64,000 nucleotides of DNA from Iphione sp. A-MEVVRFRX5 (GCA_976226885.1 OZ320320.1:37448001-37512000); one strand, 5' to 3'. Shown: positions 1 through 14,716, counted from the stretch's first letter. The notes: generated from the letters alone by a model not told the origin. Program-made: numbers and translations.

Positions 1-3000
1 CCTGCAGCTGAAGCAATCCCATGCACCACTGTCAAGATATTAACCCAGATGGCAGAACAGCCTCATCCATGGGTCATCCTATCAGCCAGCATTATCAGTT
101 GAAGCGACCTTTTGACCTTATCGCTATCTCAACAGCAGGCCTCTGACTATCAGCAACACATGGTACCAGTGTGACCAGCGGCCAAATGTCACTACTCCCT
201 TCATTTGTCACCCTGAACCGATGGCCCATAGTAAAGTACTTTCTTTAAGTTTTGGTTTTACAATTTTGACAAAATTTGTATAGATACGTTTTAAAGGGCA
301 ATTCTTCGTGTTAGAAAAAAAAACTCATACGGTTGTCATTGTTGAAAGAAATAGCTTTCACATATGTAGTGCGGTATAGATAGGGCCCTCACAATCGCGC
401 TCTTTCAATCCACGTAGCTGCCCAGTCCTCGCGTCATCCCATACAAATCTATCCAAGAACTCCATCGCCCTGCCACGTACCGACCAATACAGCCATGAGA
501 GCGTCAGCGACGCCCGAGCTAAAGTCGTCAGTGCAGCTCATTCCCTTACACGACATCCCAAACGTGACATCTACACACATACTGGCAGCGAACCTCACAT
601 TCTTCCCTTACACATAAACACACACACACATACACATAGAAAACCCGCCTTGACTGACGGCGAGGCAAACAAACAGGCAAACATTCAGACAAGCGGGCGG
701 CGTGCCAACGTATGACGAGCATCTATCTAGCTGCGGGTGGCGCAGGCCGCCGCCGTAGGAGAGAGATTGGCAGCACGGTTGGTCCGGCTAAAGAGCAGCG
801 CGTTCGGATAGAAATGGGCCGTGCCAGCTCGGGCCCTAACCACATGGATCATACACCGACAAGCAGTCGATTGGTGGGTCCGACTCTGCCGACGGGCGAA
901 GATTTGTTCCTCTCCTGGTACCCTGCACCCTCAGCCTATTGATTACAGCCTATCGGGCTACGCACACCCTACATCGATTGGCGAGTTTTTGCGTACAAAT
1001 TTGCTCAAGGATTTCTGCACATTTCTCCAAAAGTTGAAGCACGTTTTCTTCAAAGAATCAGGCATGACTTTTTTTCCTGCTGGATGCCAGTCACAATTAT
1101 CATTACGTGGCTTTGCCATATTCCTCCGAGTCTTCGTTTGTCTTGCCATGCCCGTAGCACAATATGCCACTGTTTTCTTATAACCACAAGCATTACAAAT
1201 ATATCCGGCCGCCTAGGTTTGAATATGTACTTGAGGGCCCGATTTTATTCAATAAGATTGGAATGAAAAAATAGAAACATAACGAATAATGACTATTATG
1301 TAATTAGTCCAGGCAAAAGGAAATGATGGCAACAAAGGGGACAATTGATCATCAAGCACAGTCACCTTTCTAGTGCCGTTTCGTATTACAGTTATCATTC
1401 GCAATCCAACTTACATCGATGGATGAAACCGCATCCAGTCAATCTCCCTTTCCACGTACCTACTTACCTACACACACACTCAGAAACGTCATCCTGACAG
1501 ACCTGGTCGTCTTTTCTGTGATCCATACAGACGCAGCATTCATTTGACAACCGCTAAGTATCAGAATCTCCAGAGAGGTTCACCTGTTTTTATGTTGACT
1601 AGGTCGGGTTCTCGTGATCCCCACCAGTGCCGAGATAAGCATACATTTGTGTAGGACAGTCGCGGTAATTTACTCATAAAAGGGCTGTAGCCGAGCGTCG
1701 TACATATTTGACCGTGGACGTGCTCGTATTACTATTTGTCCGTGGCCTATTATTAAGTCTCCCCTCCTTTATAGAATGAGGCCGTCTGACCTCATCATCG
1801 GACCTCTCTTCTCAATTACAAATCTTCACTTCGTTTCCTCTTGTCTCGATGAAGTGGACCAGTCCAAATAGCGGTGTGTGTGTATGTGTGTGTATGGAGG
1901 GCGGTCAGCACCAGGCTTGAAGTCGAACTATGAATGTAATCGCACCGTGACATGGAGGAGTCACTTAACCTTGATTACCAGATGAAATCAGGCTCAGCCT
2001 TGCCTCCCTCCCCCCTCTCTCTCTTTCCCTCTCTCATCCTCTGACACACACACACACATACACACACAAACTTCACGGTCCAGGGTCGAAGGGGATACAG
2101 CAGGCTGTAAAGGTTGGGTCTTGCCCATCCCTACCCGAGCCTGCTTATCGGCCTGCTCAGCACTCTACACCAGACCGCCTGATCCCAGCAATGACAAGTT
2201 CGTGCCATCGCCCGTTCCGCTTGGCCAGCGTCCGGTCAGCGTCCGGCCAGCGTCTGTCGTCAATATGGCTGGCGCCATCTTATTAGAACTCATTACCGGC
2301 CGCCGGAATCGGACCTGCCATCTAACAGGCCCTCGTCAGATGCCAAAGGCACATGACTTCAACTCAAACTGTCCTTCCTATAGTATTCAGTTGGTATTTA
2401 TTGGTGATCTGGTTTGGTTGATTGAATGGAAGTAATATTGCGTATCATATCTAAAACAATATAAAAGTGGACTGGTCCTATCATTTACCCCCGGAAGAAA
2501 AGGTATATTCTATTATCAGATAAAGCAAGAGTCTGAGAAAGTTTCTATCAACTTTAGAATTTAGCAGAAGTTCCCTCGACGCCATTTGCATGGTCAGATT
2601 GATTCGATGCTTTGTATTCTACGTGTTCATTTCCTCCGCCAGGTGGCCGAAACGAGTCGTTTTGTCTCGCGGGCATGTGCTGCACGGCAGCAAATGGAAA
2701 ATGAATTGGAAATGAGTGCCGGAGATGTAGGAATCCGGCACCGAATCGCAGATGAGAAGTCATTTTTGAAATACAAGAGGTCCCATACTGAACAACGACT
2801 GATAATTTGTGTATGGTGTAAATTCCTGCCTGAATCCGAAATAGTCATTTGCAACAGAAACGACGACAAACGGGTATTTCGAAGTGTAATGAATGAACTT
2901 GGGTGGAGTGTGTAACGGCCTTTAGGTGAGGCATATAATGCAACAGAGAAACATGGACGAATAATACATGTAATTGGGCTGTGGCCAGATGATAGATGGC

Positions 3001-4879
3001 AATGATTGGGCCAATAATGATAACATGTACCTGCAGAAGAGCCGCGGAAAGGACCAATTCGGAATCGGAATTTTGGCAGCTTTAGCAAACCTCTGTTACA
3101 ATCTCACAAAGGTGGCCCACGCCCCACTGCCGGCATGCCGACGTTTGTGCAGGATGAAAGCCCATTACTGCATGTTTAATGCAGCGCGTACTTTGTAACT
3201 GTTCACAAATAAGAGGCAAGTCCATTGAGCTCGCCCCCCACCCCTTGCCTTTTTACGATCACATATTTCATGCTGTTCTGTGCCCTGCCCGTGGCGCTTT
3301 ATGCACTGATGCCAGAGTATCAGCAATAAAACAGGGAGCCTGGAGTCTATCCTTCCCTCCCGAATGTACCCCGTGTTGGGTCGTATCAGCTATTGATATG
3401 AACGATTTTGACCCAAGCTTCCATGCCTCGTAACACAAACACGAACACGCTGACGAGCAACCTACACATTACCCTGCACACACACACACATATATATATA
3501 CACATATGGCACCAGGTGTCAATCCTCATCTTCCCACCTTGATAATAAAGGCACAGCATGGAGCTGTTTTCTCCCAGTATGAACACACATTCGATAGTCT
3601 CTTTGATAAAAAAAGAATAAATAAACATGTAGATTTTTAGTTTTCTCTACCCGCTTTGCATGTATCAAGATATACAAACACAGATACTCGGCAGTAAATG
3701 AAGTACGGTTTTGCCTGAAAATCAAAACTTCCACAGGGTAAGTTAGAAAAAAAAAATTAATCTTCCTTCACCTCGCCCTTCGTGTTCTCATTCCCATTTA
3801 TCAAGGTATATTTTAGGGAATGCATCTTAATTCATTTAACCCGTCGCAATGTCAATGAAAGCACCTGGTATGTGATGGAACGAAGGTAGTCGATAACTCT
3901 GACATGGAGTGTTCACAGTTAAAATGACTTTCTAGCCGCAATACCTTCGTGAAGCACTGGCCAGAACCCTGACCTGCGCAGTGCCCAGTGTTCCATAAAC
4001 CGAGAGACATGCAGCCCATATACCATGCAAAAGAGACTCACAGCATTTGACCATTCTTGGCGTCTGTGGGTGTATGATGCTGCTGGTAAATATATTGCTC
4101 CTATTGTTTAAGCTGGCTGATGCTGACGGTGGTGATATTTTATTACGACAGTGGCCAGTAATGACAAACAAAATGAAATTAGACATTGTTTTCTGCTTAT
4201 ATTACTTCGGTGGCTGACTACAATGGCGTCAGTTATATAATGGTACTCACTTAAATTATAATGAGTAGTTTTAATTATGGTAGACAAGGAGTTTTGCTGA
4301 AGTATTCAACTTTGGCTAGTGGTTCTCCTCGTTGATATTTCTGATACTTTAGTTTTTTGCTTCCTTTAATATGTTCTGGTCGTTGCGTGATTTTCTTTGC
4401 AGTGACACTCTACCGTCAGTAGAGATGGTCTCAATTGTATTGGTGCTGAATGATGAGACTGACAGTTCCACCAACGAAGTGCACTCTCGCCAAATACGTT
4501 TGCAGCAGTGTTATTGACAGGCCAAACATCATCTACTCAAGTGTCAGTAGCATGATAGTCCCATTCACTGTACTAACAAGAAAATCTAACTGGAGAAACT
4601 GAATAGTCTACTTAAAGTCAGCGACTTGAACGAGGATGAAATTATCAACAGCATTCAAGGCAAGGACAAAAGCCAAGGCCTTTAAACCGTGGCTCGCGTA
4701 GTTCTGCAACAGACCGTTAGGCGGATCATCTGACGTAGCCGAGACCTATATACCATATACCAACAGACACTATGACTCTGAATCTCCCATCATACCCATT
4801 TAAAGGTGATACGCATAGCTACGTCGGCCATACAATTGTCTGTATAGTTTAAGAGTATTGCTTATAGGACAGTAACACA

Positions 4880-5600
4880 AGAACAGCGATGGTGCTGACT
4901 GGCATTAGGGAACAGGAGATTGTTGTTTGTTATGATGTTTATGATCATGGTAGCAAAGTTTGTATTTCTAGAGGTTTGGTAGAGCTGCTAAACTAACAGA
5001 AGTAATTTTAGAATTAATTGTAGCTTTGTTTCATTAGTATCGTTGGCCAAGGCTTTATGGAGGGATGTTGATAATGTCTGTAGAGTTCTGCATTGATAAC
5101 TCACGTGTTTCTAATAATTCAGTATGCTTTAAGGCAGTGATGAATAATGCTGATAGTAGTAATTATGAAAGTTATAATGTTCATGCCTTCTCTTGTTAGT
5201 GGGCACACAGTAACTGCATTGTTGTTGCAAGGTGATAAGTATTTTGCCTTGTTGATTACGGTGGTTAGGGCTTGTTATAATTCAGGGATAGTCATGACTG
5301 TACTATTAATGTAATTATATTGGTAATGGCGTAGGTACTACATACTCCTCTTGCAAGCGGTAGCATTTCTGTTGGACCTGGTTTCTGGGTGTCTACAAGT
5401 CCTTGAGGCAGTGATGCTAATGGTATTGGTACGATTACATTAGGTAGTGTAGAACCGGTTATGCTGCTAATAATATAGGTAGTTTTGTTGCCGGTGATGT
5501 TAATTTTAGTCGGCTGCCAATAATAATAACTGCTGCTAACAGTTTGGTGGCGATAGTGATGGCAGTGGTAGTGGCGTTAGATGGTTTCAGTATTAATTTC
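4880..5600. repeat. Cryptic degenerate trinucleotide low-complexity block (GTN/TAG/TGG-rich on +)
   Basis: 3-nt periodic G/T-rich text; ORFs here are Val/Thr-rich artefacts. Confidence 0.7.
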
Positions 5601-5860
5601 ATGCCTCCTGCTCGGGCCCTCGGTGGGCGGGACGAGCGGGGACCGGCGTTCCACCATAAATTAATAGCCCTCCGCAAGGGCGGGCGAGGACCCGCGCATG
5701 CGCAGGAAGTAGGTCACATGATATAAGTCACGTGACGGCTCGGTCGACCGGAAGTCCGACTGGGACGCGGCTCGGAGAATGACGGGAAAAGGTTATTACT
5801 TAGCCACCGCTGCCTTCCACCATTTCTTTCGAGCGGATCGGGGAAGGGGGGAGGGGGCCC
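5600..5860. promoter_or_regulatory. CpG-island-like, housekeeping-promoter-type motif cluster
   Basis: GC boxes, NRF1 palindrome GCGCATGCGC (5694-5703), CAGGAAGT, GTCACATGAT (5713-5722), E-box palindrome GTCACGTGAC (5727-5736) and ETS ACCGGAAGT (5747-5755) within about 130 bp. Confidence 0.55.
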
Positions 5861-8800
5861 TGAGATGAAAAGCTATCCTCCCGACGCCTGGCTTTTAATT
5901 AAGGACAGCCCCTCAGAAGGCAGCTTGTACGGAGCACAAGGGTCGTTCATCAACGCTTTTGGCTTGTCTTGACCCAAATGTCTTGTATCGCTCCAGATTA
6001 AATATCTCAAAGCACATATAGTAAAAACAGAGTGATGATGAGGGTAGGCGGACTGTAAGGAGTCAGTCCGGCTCCATGGTGTCTTCGTTATATTGCTCCT
6101 CTGTAAATAGTACACGAGGCCTGTTTCTGTATTTGTCTCCATCTTTTTATCTATACCCCTTAGGACTATCAATTGCAGGTTGACCCTTGACTACATTGAT
6201 TCCATCCTCATTAATAAAAGGAAAAGACCCAGAAACAAGCCTGGCGAACAGTGCGAACCGGTGCAAGCCTTGAAATCACAGGTTATTTGGCCACTGCAGC
6301 TTTTATCTACGACGTATTTCAATCTATAGAGTCAGATGCTAATATCAAGTTGTGGTCTACCTTCTGCAGCCGCCTTGATAGCATGAAAATTGCACCGAGA
6401 AGCCGTCGATTCCTCTGACCGATATACATATTGGATACGAAAGGGTTATCAATAGACCATCACATCATATTCGGTCACATTAACGGCTATCTGTCTATGA
6501 TTGATAGAATGCCTACAAAGACTGTGTCTTATCTTTTCTTATAAATGCTCATGAATTTCATGTCCTTGGTCTTCGGGAAAAGGTTGACAGGATAGATAGG
6601 AAGTTTTTAGGGGCTGACTGCCCCTGTCCTGACGGCCGGCTGGGTGGTAATTGGGTGGGGTGCCTCGTGAAGGAAGGGTTCTAGGGGACACAAGGCGCAG
6701 ACGACGGGTCACTTAGGGCAGACTTGTTTCCGTGGCAGCTGGAGACGGCAGGCGCCGGTGGCCGGCTTATGTTAAGAAGATGCTTTGTTTATCAGAAGAA
6801 ATTACACAGAAGAGGACGGGGCGGGGTCTGGAGAGCTGCAAGGGCTGAAAGGTACGATTTAAAGGCACACTCTGTCCGACGAGAGAAATTCTTTACTAAA
6901 AATAAGACCCCTTGAAGAGGCATGCACCATGGATCAAAGAGCAACAGAGAGCCAGTCCGACGATTCTTAAGTCTGGTAATCTGGACCTCTGTCTGACCAA
7001 GGTATGTAAATCTGTACTATATTAACACATACATTCCATGTAGGATCGTACGATAAAAAATAGATTGCATACAACACAACCATTCATAGATGGAAGACGG
7101 ATCGTGATAGTTTTCTGTTTGTAAACGCCTACCAACTGGCAGCATTTTCCAAACCAATTAGGCCTGCATTATTGAAAACATCCTCCCACTCGCATTCTAC
7201 CACCCCCGGCAAGGAATGTTGAGTGCTGAGCAAATCCATCGATATAATAGCGACAATTGAGTAAGGGAAACATGAGTACAATGTAGCGCAGTGAGGAGAT
7301 ATTGGGGGCGATGTTGCTATTGGAGCTTGTCGGATCTAAAAAGGCTAGAAGGTGAGGGTTCATCGTGTCCTGTTCGTATTAATGTTTAGTCAATACAAAA
7401 GGGGGAAGGATTGAAGGGAATGGATTTGTGTAATTATTGATGTTTGTCTGGAACAAATGAGGAGGCCTGACTGATTGAACATTGTGTTAGCGCTGAGCGA
7501 TAATCTATAGAAAGAGGAAGGAAACATTGGATAAACTCGGGTTGTGTGTTGGTTGAGCAACTTGTTGTCAGGTATAGAACTTCGACAGGCTTCTTGATCA
7601 CTATAATTCCTCCCCCAAATCCAATCTTCAAGCTTTCCACACTGCTGCTGACGCGATGGAGCCCCACCAACTGCCAATTAGAACTACTCATTTCGAGCAG
7701 GAAAAAATATTTATCTCCTAGCAAAGCGCTACCTCACGGCTAGCAGCGCCAGCCTCCAAATAAATCAACCTTTCATGGCTGACAACCAGAGGTTCTTTTT
7801 TTTCTGCGGGAGCTCGATAGAAACGGGAAATTTGATTGTTTAGCGGACACCCCATTTTAACGAGATCTTGTGCGCAAGGCATGGAATTGGGAGTAGAGGA
7901 AATTATTGAAAAAGACACAATCTTACATACAAAAGCCACAAAAGGCGAATACAAAGTCTCGTTTGTTCATTGAGTAATGCATTTCCGTGTATTTTTGAAA
8001 GTAACAATATGAACATATGAGGTACGGTTTATATCGTCAACGTTTTATGAACGACTGCTTGGGTTTTGCCATCGCACTGGATATTTTGTGTCGCCGCAAA
8101 ATCATCTCTTCGTGTGTAATATCTACGCCATGATTTGGATTGCATCGTGAATAGCCATCATTTCAACGAGAAATGTAAGGCGACGATTCAAGCTACACGG
8201 TACATGGGATTACAGTAGATTTTAGTTTTCCTTTATCCGCTTATATGTCAGAAGTAGATGTTTCAGGATAACTGCGGATCTCACATTACATCGACGCAAC
8301 AACGAGCATGGTATTATAGCTGTGTGCCTTTATGTCCGGCAATATTTGCTTCGGGTATTTCTGACTTTATAGGCAGGTTTGTTACCAATATCTGACTTTC
8401 ACATGATATCCTCGATATGTCTATCAGGCAGACTAGCCCATCCTCCCGATACATGTAATTGAAATTGAAAATATTTTATTACACATAAGGCGAAGATTTG
8501 TACACGGTATATTGCGCCACGATATCATGCAAGTATCCGCATACTTTTTGGACGTGTGAAAGTAATGTTGTGTACAGACTGAGTTTTTGTATCCGTAAAA
8601 CAAATCTCTGTTCGAAGGGATGCATCTTCCAAGGCCTGAAGCGACGACACTGTACGTGGTTTCTCAAGCAGATCTACTTCCGGTTTTCCTAGATGGACTC
8701 GTAAACATATCCGAATGCATAGACATTGGCCTTTGTACAGTAAGCGCATAGTTTGGAGGTTCCTCAGTGTACCTCAATGTTCAGTATCCAAACATGTATG

Positions 8801-9949
8801 TGTTTTCAGGCTTCAGTATCTTGAAGCTAACTATTTTGGATTACCATCCCCCTACCCATCTGCTTTCCCGACGTAAATGGTCAAAACAAGGCATGTGTGT
8901 TAAATTGTTTGCACATAACCAGATGGATGCGAATGTAATGGTACACGAAGCTATAAAATAGCACTGCAGAAAAATAAGTTCATAAAAACACTATTACCTG
9001 GCTAATATGATTAGTTAGTTCTTACAAGTAAGATTATTGCAAGCGAATATCCTATAGGCCTGCGGCAGCGGGGAAAGAAAGAACACTGGAACATTTCTCT
9101 TTGGCAAAAACAGCGCGCTAAATTCTACCTCAATGTACTACAACCTGTGCAGAAAGAATCATCTGAAGCAGGACAGAAGCTAGGAAGATAAACGGGCTAA
9201 ATATATAGATAAGGACTGCAGGGTTCCGTTTTTGTGGTTATGGCTAGTGACAACTGAGTTGGGTCTGCCCGTGTGCAGTAGGACAGGGGAGGTAATGAGA
9301 CACTGGATGCGGGCGATTGGCCCCGAGGACGGGTCGGTAACCACATTCGGTCTCTGCCGTCCTGCCCGCGCCCCCAACCCGTTCCGGCTGCTAATGCGTT
9401 TTACGCTGGCAATTGCCATGCGTCGGGGTGAGTGTTTTGCAGGATGTGAGGGGAGGCGGAGCTCAGTGAGACCAAATGGTCCTTTTTTCCTCCTCGTCCT
9501 ATGGGACCCTCCTTTGTACACATTTTTACTACGTGCGTTCGGTGTGATGCATGGCTCGCAGTATTATTGAATGGCATGTTTCATTTGTGCGCTCCTCTGT
9601 GACCTCTTCCGCTGCCTCCCTCCATCGACCTCGATGTCAGTGACTGTCTTGCCCTTCCGCCAGCTTTGCGCTCATTCGTCCACCCTGCTTCCACTCCGCA
9701 GTCAAAATGGTCCTAGTCTTTCAATACTTTCTTCTTCATCAAATGCTATTCTTATACGTTTTCTTCACGATAAAGTGCCCAGCATGTTATAAAACTATTA
9801 TCCCTGTTGCTTTTGTACATGTTGCTCCATATACGTGCCCTTGTTTTCTATCGTATGGGTGGGACGCGGCTAAATGTATCCCCGCAGAGTGCCCTTGTTT
9901 TCTAGTTACGCTTTTCTCTGTTTCCTAACAATGTTCATTTTTAATTTCA

Positions 9950-10870
9950 CCCTTTCCTTTGGCCCTCTTGAAGGCGACCTTTCCAATGACCCTTTACCTT
10001 CCCTCCTTCCCATCTATCCTCTGTCTTTACAGCTACAGGCCAAAAGTCTCTTTGATCTCCGTTTTCTTTCAACCGCTCGTATCTCCAGGCTATGCTTTCT
10101 ATAGACTTTACTTTCGTGACACATTTCTCTTAATGTTTGAATCCTATTCTCATCAATGCTAGCGACAATATGTACTACTAAAATCTCATGAAGCCCAACC
10201 CTCTATTGCAGCGACACCCCGTCGTACTCCGTATTTCCTTTGGACTTTTCCCCAGGTTCTTCGTGATCTCTCGCAACACATTCCCCTTTTCTATGCTAAT
10301 TTGCATGGCTCACCCTACATCTGCCTCAGCGACCGTACGTCGTCTTTCATCCTTCCATTCAACTCACACGTTCCCATCTTCTTCCATGCCTTCTGTGGCC
10401 TCAGTCGCTCTTCCCCTGCACTAGTCTCTCCTTCTTTCTTCACCATGCGTTTCACTCTCTTCTTCGTCCGGTCATGGCTGAGTCATCCACATAACGAACT
10501 TTATTCCACTCTCTGCCCATCTTTGCCCCATATTCCCTTTCCCTCCGTCTTTGATTCGTTCAAGCCTGAAGTCTTTCTGACCCTTTACTTTATCCAAGTC
10601 TCTCTCGCAACCTTCCTTATACTTTACCTCTCTTTTACTCGTACATTTTCTAGATTTTCTTTTCCACGTTCCCTCGTAGTGATCCTTCCCTTCTACATTC
10701 TATCACGCCTCGATGTCCCTCGCCCCCTTCTCGGATCTGCCTGTCACATCGCCTCATTATACCCTCTACGTCTCCCCATACCTTAATCTTTCCCTTTCCA
10801 CAGCCTCCTTAGATTCCCTCCCTGCCTGCCTCGGTCTCCGGCTCCCTCAAACCTTCTTTTCTCTCCTCGC
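9950..10870. repeat. Long pyrimidine-rich (C/T on +) low-complexity tract
   Basis: About 900 bp of strong strand asymmetry; Phe/Leu/Ser/Pro-rich pseudo-ORFs. Confidence 0.75.
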
Positions 10871-13800
10871 CCCATCCACCCTTCGTCCGCGGGCGGTGGA
10901 GCGGCCGCGGGCGCCGAGACAGGGCGGCGAATGAGCCGTCGTCGCCGGTTATAAATAGAATTAGCGACAGCGGGCTCGCCTCCAGCTTGTCAGTAGCCTG
11001 TACGAGCAATCAATCAGAGGCGCTCCCCGTCCCAGGTCAAAGTAATATTTCCTAGGGTAAACAAGATATAATGACGACGTAATCTTGCGCAAGTCTAGCA
11101 TACGCCCACATGCCCAGATTCTTACAATCTTCAGAGAACGTTTGGGATTATCATCCCCCAACCCATTTCCAATTTTGAGGGATACATGTCTGTCCATATA
11201 CGGGGCCTGTGTATACTTAGTGCCGGTGCGCATGTTCAAGGAATGTTATGGAAGATCGTCAGCAAAAATCAACCTCCACTCTGGAGGGAGATACCCACAT
11301 CCAGGACCTACATACACCCGATCCTTCCGTGTATGGAGGATACGTAACACAAGTATTGGTTTATCCCTTCCCTCACACCATTGACATGTACCCCCGGCCG
11401 CTCCCCGATGTCCACCAGAGGGCATTGCGTGCCGACGTCAAGTTGCGTTAGCGTAGATTCACTTTACGACCACCCACGGCCTCCTCTCTAGACGATAGCC
11501 GCCTACTCCACAGGGCTTGACCGTATATATACACCTCTCGACCAAACCGTCGTATTCCTAGTCGCCCTGTGACGGAAGCGAGACTGCAGTCCACGTGGTC
11601 ATATACAGCAATATCAACATGTTTATGGACACTGTAGACTGCAAGTCAGCAGTCTAGGGGAGAGCTGATACCATATCATGGTACATTTGTTCAGAACAAA
11701 ACAAATAACAGTGCTCCTGAAATACACAGGCCTCAAAGTTATATAACAGCCCTGCTCCAATCAGAGGGTAGCAATAATCAAGCTTCAATAAAACATACCC
11801 ACAGATATTACACCGTGGTGTGAAATGCAGGGCTTCGCCGACCCCTCCCAATCCTGTGGCTGATTTCATTCGGCTCCTATAGTACTCAGAATAAACTCAG
11901 GGCATGAGTCTCAGTTGATGTTACACCATAAATAAGATGCAAACGCGGCAAAGCTTTGTTGTCAAAGAGGTGCAACCGAGTTGATGTTACACCAGATGCA
12001 GTGACCTTAACGTAAATCGTGTGTAGGGAATATGATGAATTGATAATAGCACGTGGAAAACACCAGAAACACCAGTGAGTCAGGCATCGATGCCGTACTG
12101 TTTCAGTAATGATGATGATCTGTGGTAATCAAAACGTAGCTCAGATATAATGCATATGAGGTGCACCACATTTGATTTTGTTTTTCATATTTTGATATGC
12201 CCGTCTTAACAGTGCGTATAACGGGAACTGGTACCGGAAGAACCACATTTTATCTTCGACACCCAAGTATGTCTATCTTAATAATGTTATTAGTGTGACC
12301 TACTTTCTGTTAGCCGAGCAGCTCGTTCAAGAATATTGCAGAGTAGACCTGCCGACAGTCTTCGAGAACCTACATGATAACACTAAATGCATTTCGTTCT
12401 TTCTTTCTGTGTTGGCAATACTTGCTCCTTAAATGCTAGTCTTTCGTTTTTTTCTGCATCCAATTATAAAACGTTGCCTCATTAGCTCGCTGTTTTTATT
12501 ATTTCCTGCGTTTGACGTAATCAATGTGATATCGTATTTCTTGAAATAGTATTGAAACAAAAAGACATACCAAATTCTGTTCCCTGCAATGAAATCTCAG
12601 ATGTGTTCACGTTGGCATTGAACAGAAGAATACAAAGCTTGATATGGCCTTGAGGCAACACATCCATTTAAGTAGATACACACGCCCGCATACATGGACT
12701 TCATTTTTTTTTATAAAATGGCTCCTTTAAATGTACAACTACAATTCTTTTGTCCGCAGCTCAGGCGTACTTTGGCACATTCCTATAGAGTAGAGTTGGC
12801 AGTTTGAGGCCGAAGCTCTTATTTGAGGAGATATGCGGATAGGAAGCTTCATATGTAGTCTTTAAAGTAAGAAATATGTACATGTATGTATATGTGTTTA
12901 TGTGTATACGTAGATATATATCGTGTGTCTGAAACAAATCCATTTTGTACAAGTATCCCTTGAATGAACAATTACACATGACAATTCATTCACCCTCTCT
13001 ACCTTTACGTTTTCTTGTGCCATCTGAGGGCACTTTTTATGCTAATATCCTCATTTGCACATCTGTGGGTTTGAGAATGTAGACGAGTGCTATCTCTTTT
13101 GGTACCGCTGTGGACTAAACGAGTATACGTGTGGACATGGATGCATCTTCTTGATTGGCCTGGGATAGTTCTTTCCCGGCCCAAAAATATTTGGATTGAT
13201 ACAATCATGTAATGATGAACTCCGGTAATTTGAAAGTAGTGGAAGAGTTATATGAGAATATTATTTAGAGAATGTGAAATTGACACAGAGAAGAAAGAAA
13301 GAATGCTAAATGGATTAAATGGTAAAGTGGCCTACATATAAACTTACCTTAGTTTAAAGATTCTAGTGGGAGTGTGAAGTTTGCAACATAGATTGGTTAA
13401 TGACACGTCAGACTTAAATAGCGCAAGTCTTGTTCATATTCTACATGAAGTCATGTGGAATGAGTTTATGGAATTGGAACAAGCTAACAGCAATATCTGT
13501 CCTAAAAAAGGGTGCCTTAAAAACTCTTTGCCGATGATGCTTCACTAGGCTCAGCTCTTTGTTGTCCTTGGCATGGTGGGAGGGGGTGCCTTAGGCAATA
13601 AACAATGAGCACAGCACTTAAATAGCGGCAATGGCCGAGTGACCAGCTCCCGAAGTGCAATTCTTTCGTCCAATTGCCGGGGGACGCCCGTGGGGCAGAG
13701 GGAAAACCGACTCGACAACCAGTAGAACGTGAAGCAATCCTACCAGTAAATGTATAGCAGCAGTCGAGTGTGCAGCAAGGCGGTAGTTCAAATGTCTCTC

Positions 13801-14645
13801 CAGTAGCCGACCCCCCCCCCCCCGCCTTCAGGAAGGCTGGGAGCGATCCTCCCATTATCGGCCTCTATGATCCTACTGTCACTCCCGACCTATAGACTGC
13901 CTTCTTATCGAGGGGAATTCAGAGATGTGGTCCATTCTCAGTAACTCGATAGCCACACTAATCCTTGGTACTGTGGTCGTGAAAGGGCTTTACATAAGGG
14001 ATACAGGCTCATTCAGAGCTTGGGGTTGGGAACACTGGTGTGTCATTCGGACTTCTTCGGGGATTCCTTTCCAAAAGCCAATCCCTATGTGTCTCACTGA
14101 GCAAACAAAGTGTACTTTGCGTTAAAACAGGTACCTCTAACGCCGATTCAATACCAAGGGAAATTATATTTAATCTTGGCAGAGAGAGTCGAATATATTC
14201 ATGAACAAGAGATAAGTAATTCTATTGTTTTCGTAGATTGAGCGCCATGCAGAATATAATGGAATTTTCTAAATACAATGGATCTGATGATCGCCGAAAT
14301 CACTGTACAGAACAGCTCTAGCCTGCTCGTTCACTGATGCTCTACCTTGAAACAGCATACGTTTATTAGGCTCGTTTTGTTCTGCAACAGAACGAATGGG
14401 ACGTCGCTCGGCCCTCTCCGCACCACGGCCGCCAGAGACAGCAGGGCCTGCGCCGATTTCTTTATCATCGTTTATTGATAGCGCTGTGGCTGAATAATAG
14501 AGTCGTCGTAGCGCGCAAACAGAGTAATTTGATAATGTTCGTCAAAAGCACGCACTATGTGACGTACAAAGTGGTGTACGAGAAGAGCGGCGGTGCATCA
14601 GGCGGGGGGGGGGACTTGGAATGTGGTACGTGGGGGTTATGAAGG

Positions 14646-14716
14646 GCGAAAGTGAGAGAGATAGAGAGAGACAAAAAGCAGACAGACAGACGGACAGACA
14701 GACAAACAGACAGACA
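14646..14716. repeat. Compound (GA)n-(GACA)n microsatellite
   Basis: Read directly; lies just outside the LINE poly(A) end. Confidence 0.9.

Noticed and set aside
2307-2339. Hammerhead-like CTGACGA plus 7-bp stem on the minus strand
   Set aside because: Followed by GATT rather than the invariant GAAA, and stem I cannot be closed.
6859-8333. Possible Kolobok-type MITE (TTAA-AGGCACAC ... GTGTGCCT-TTAT)
   Set aside because: Inverted match is only 8 bp and the target duplication is imperfect.
13625-13641. tRNA A-box-like GCGGCAATGGCCGAGTG
   Set aside because: No B-box or cloverleaf.
14284-14299. CTGATGA...GAAA hammerhead-like core
   Set aside because: No stem II pairing and no flanking stems.
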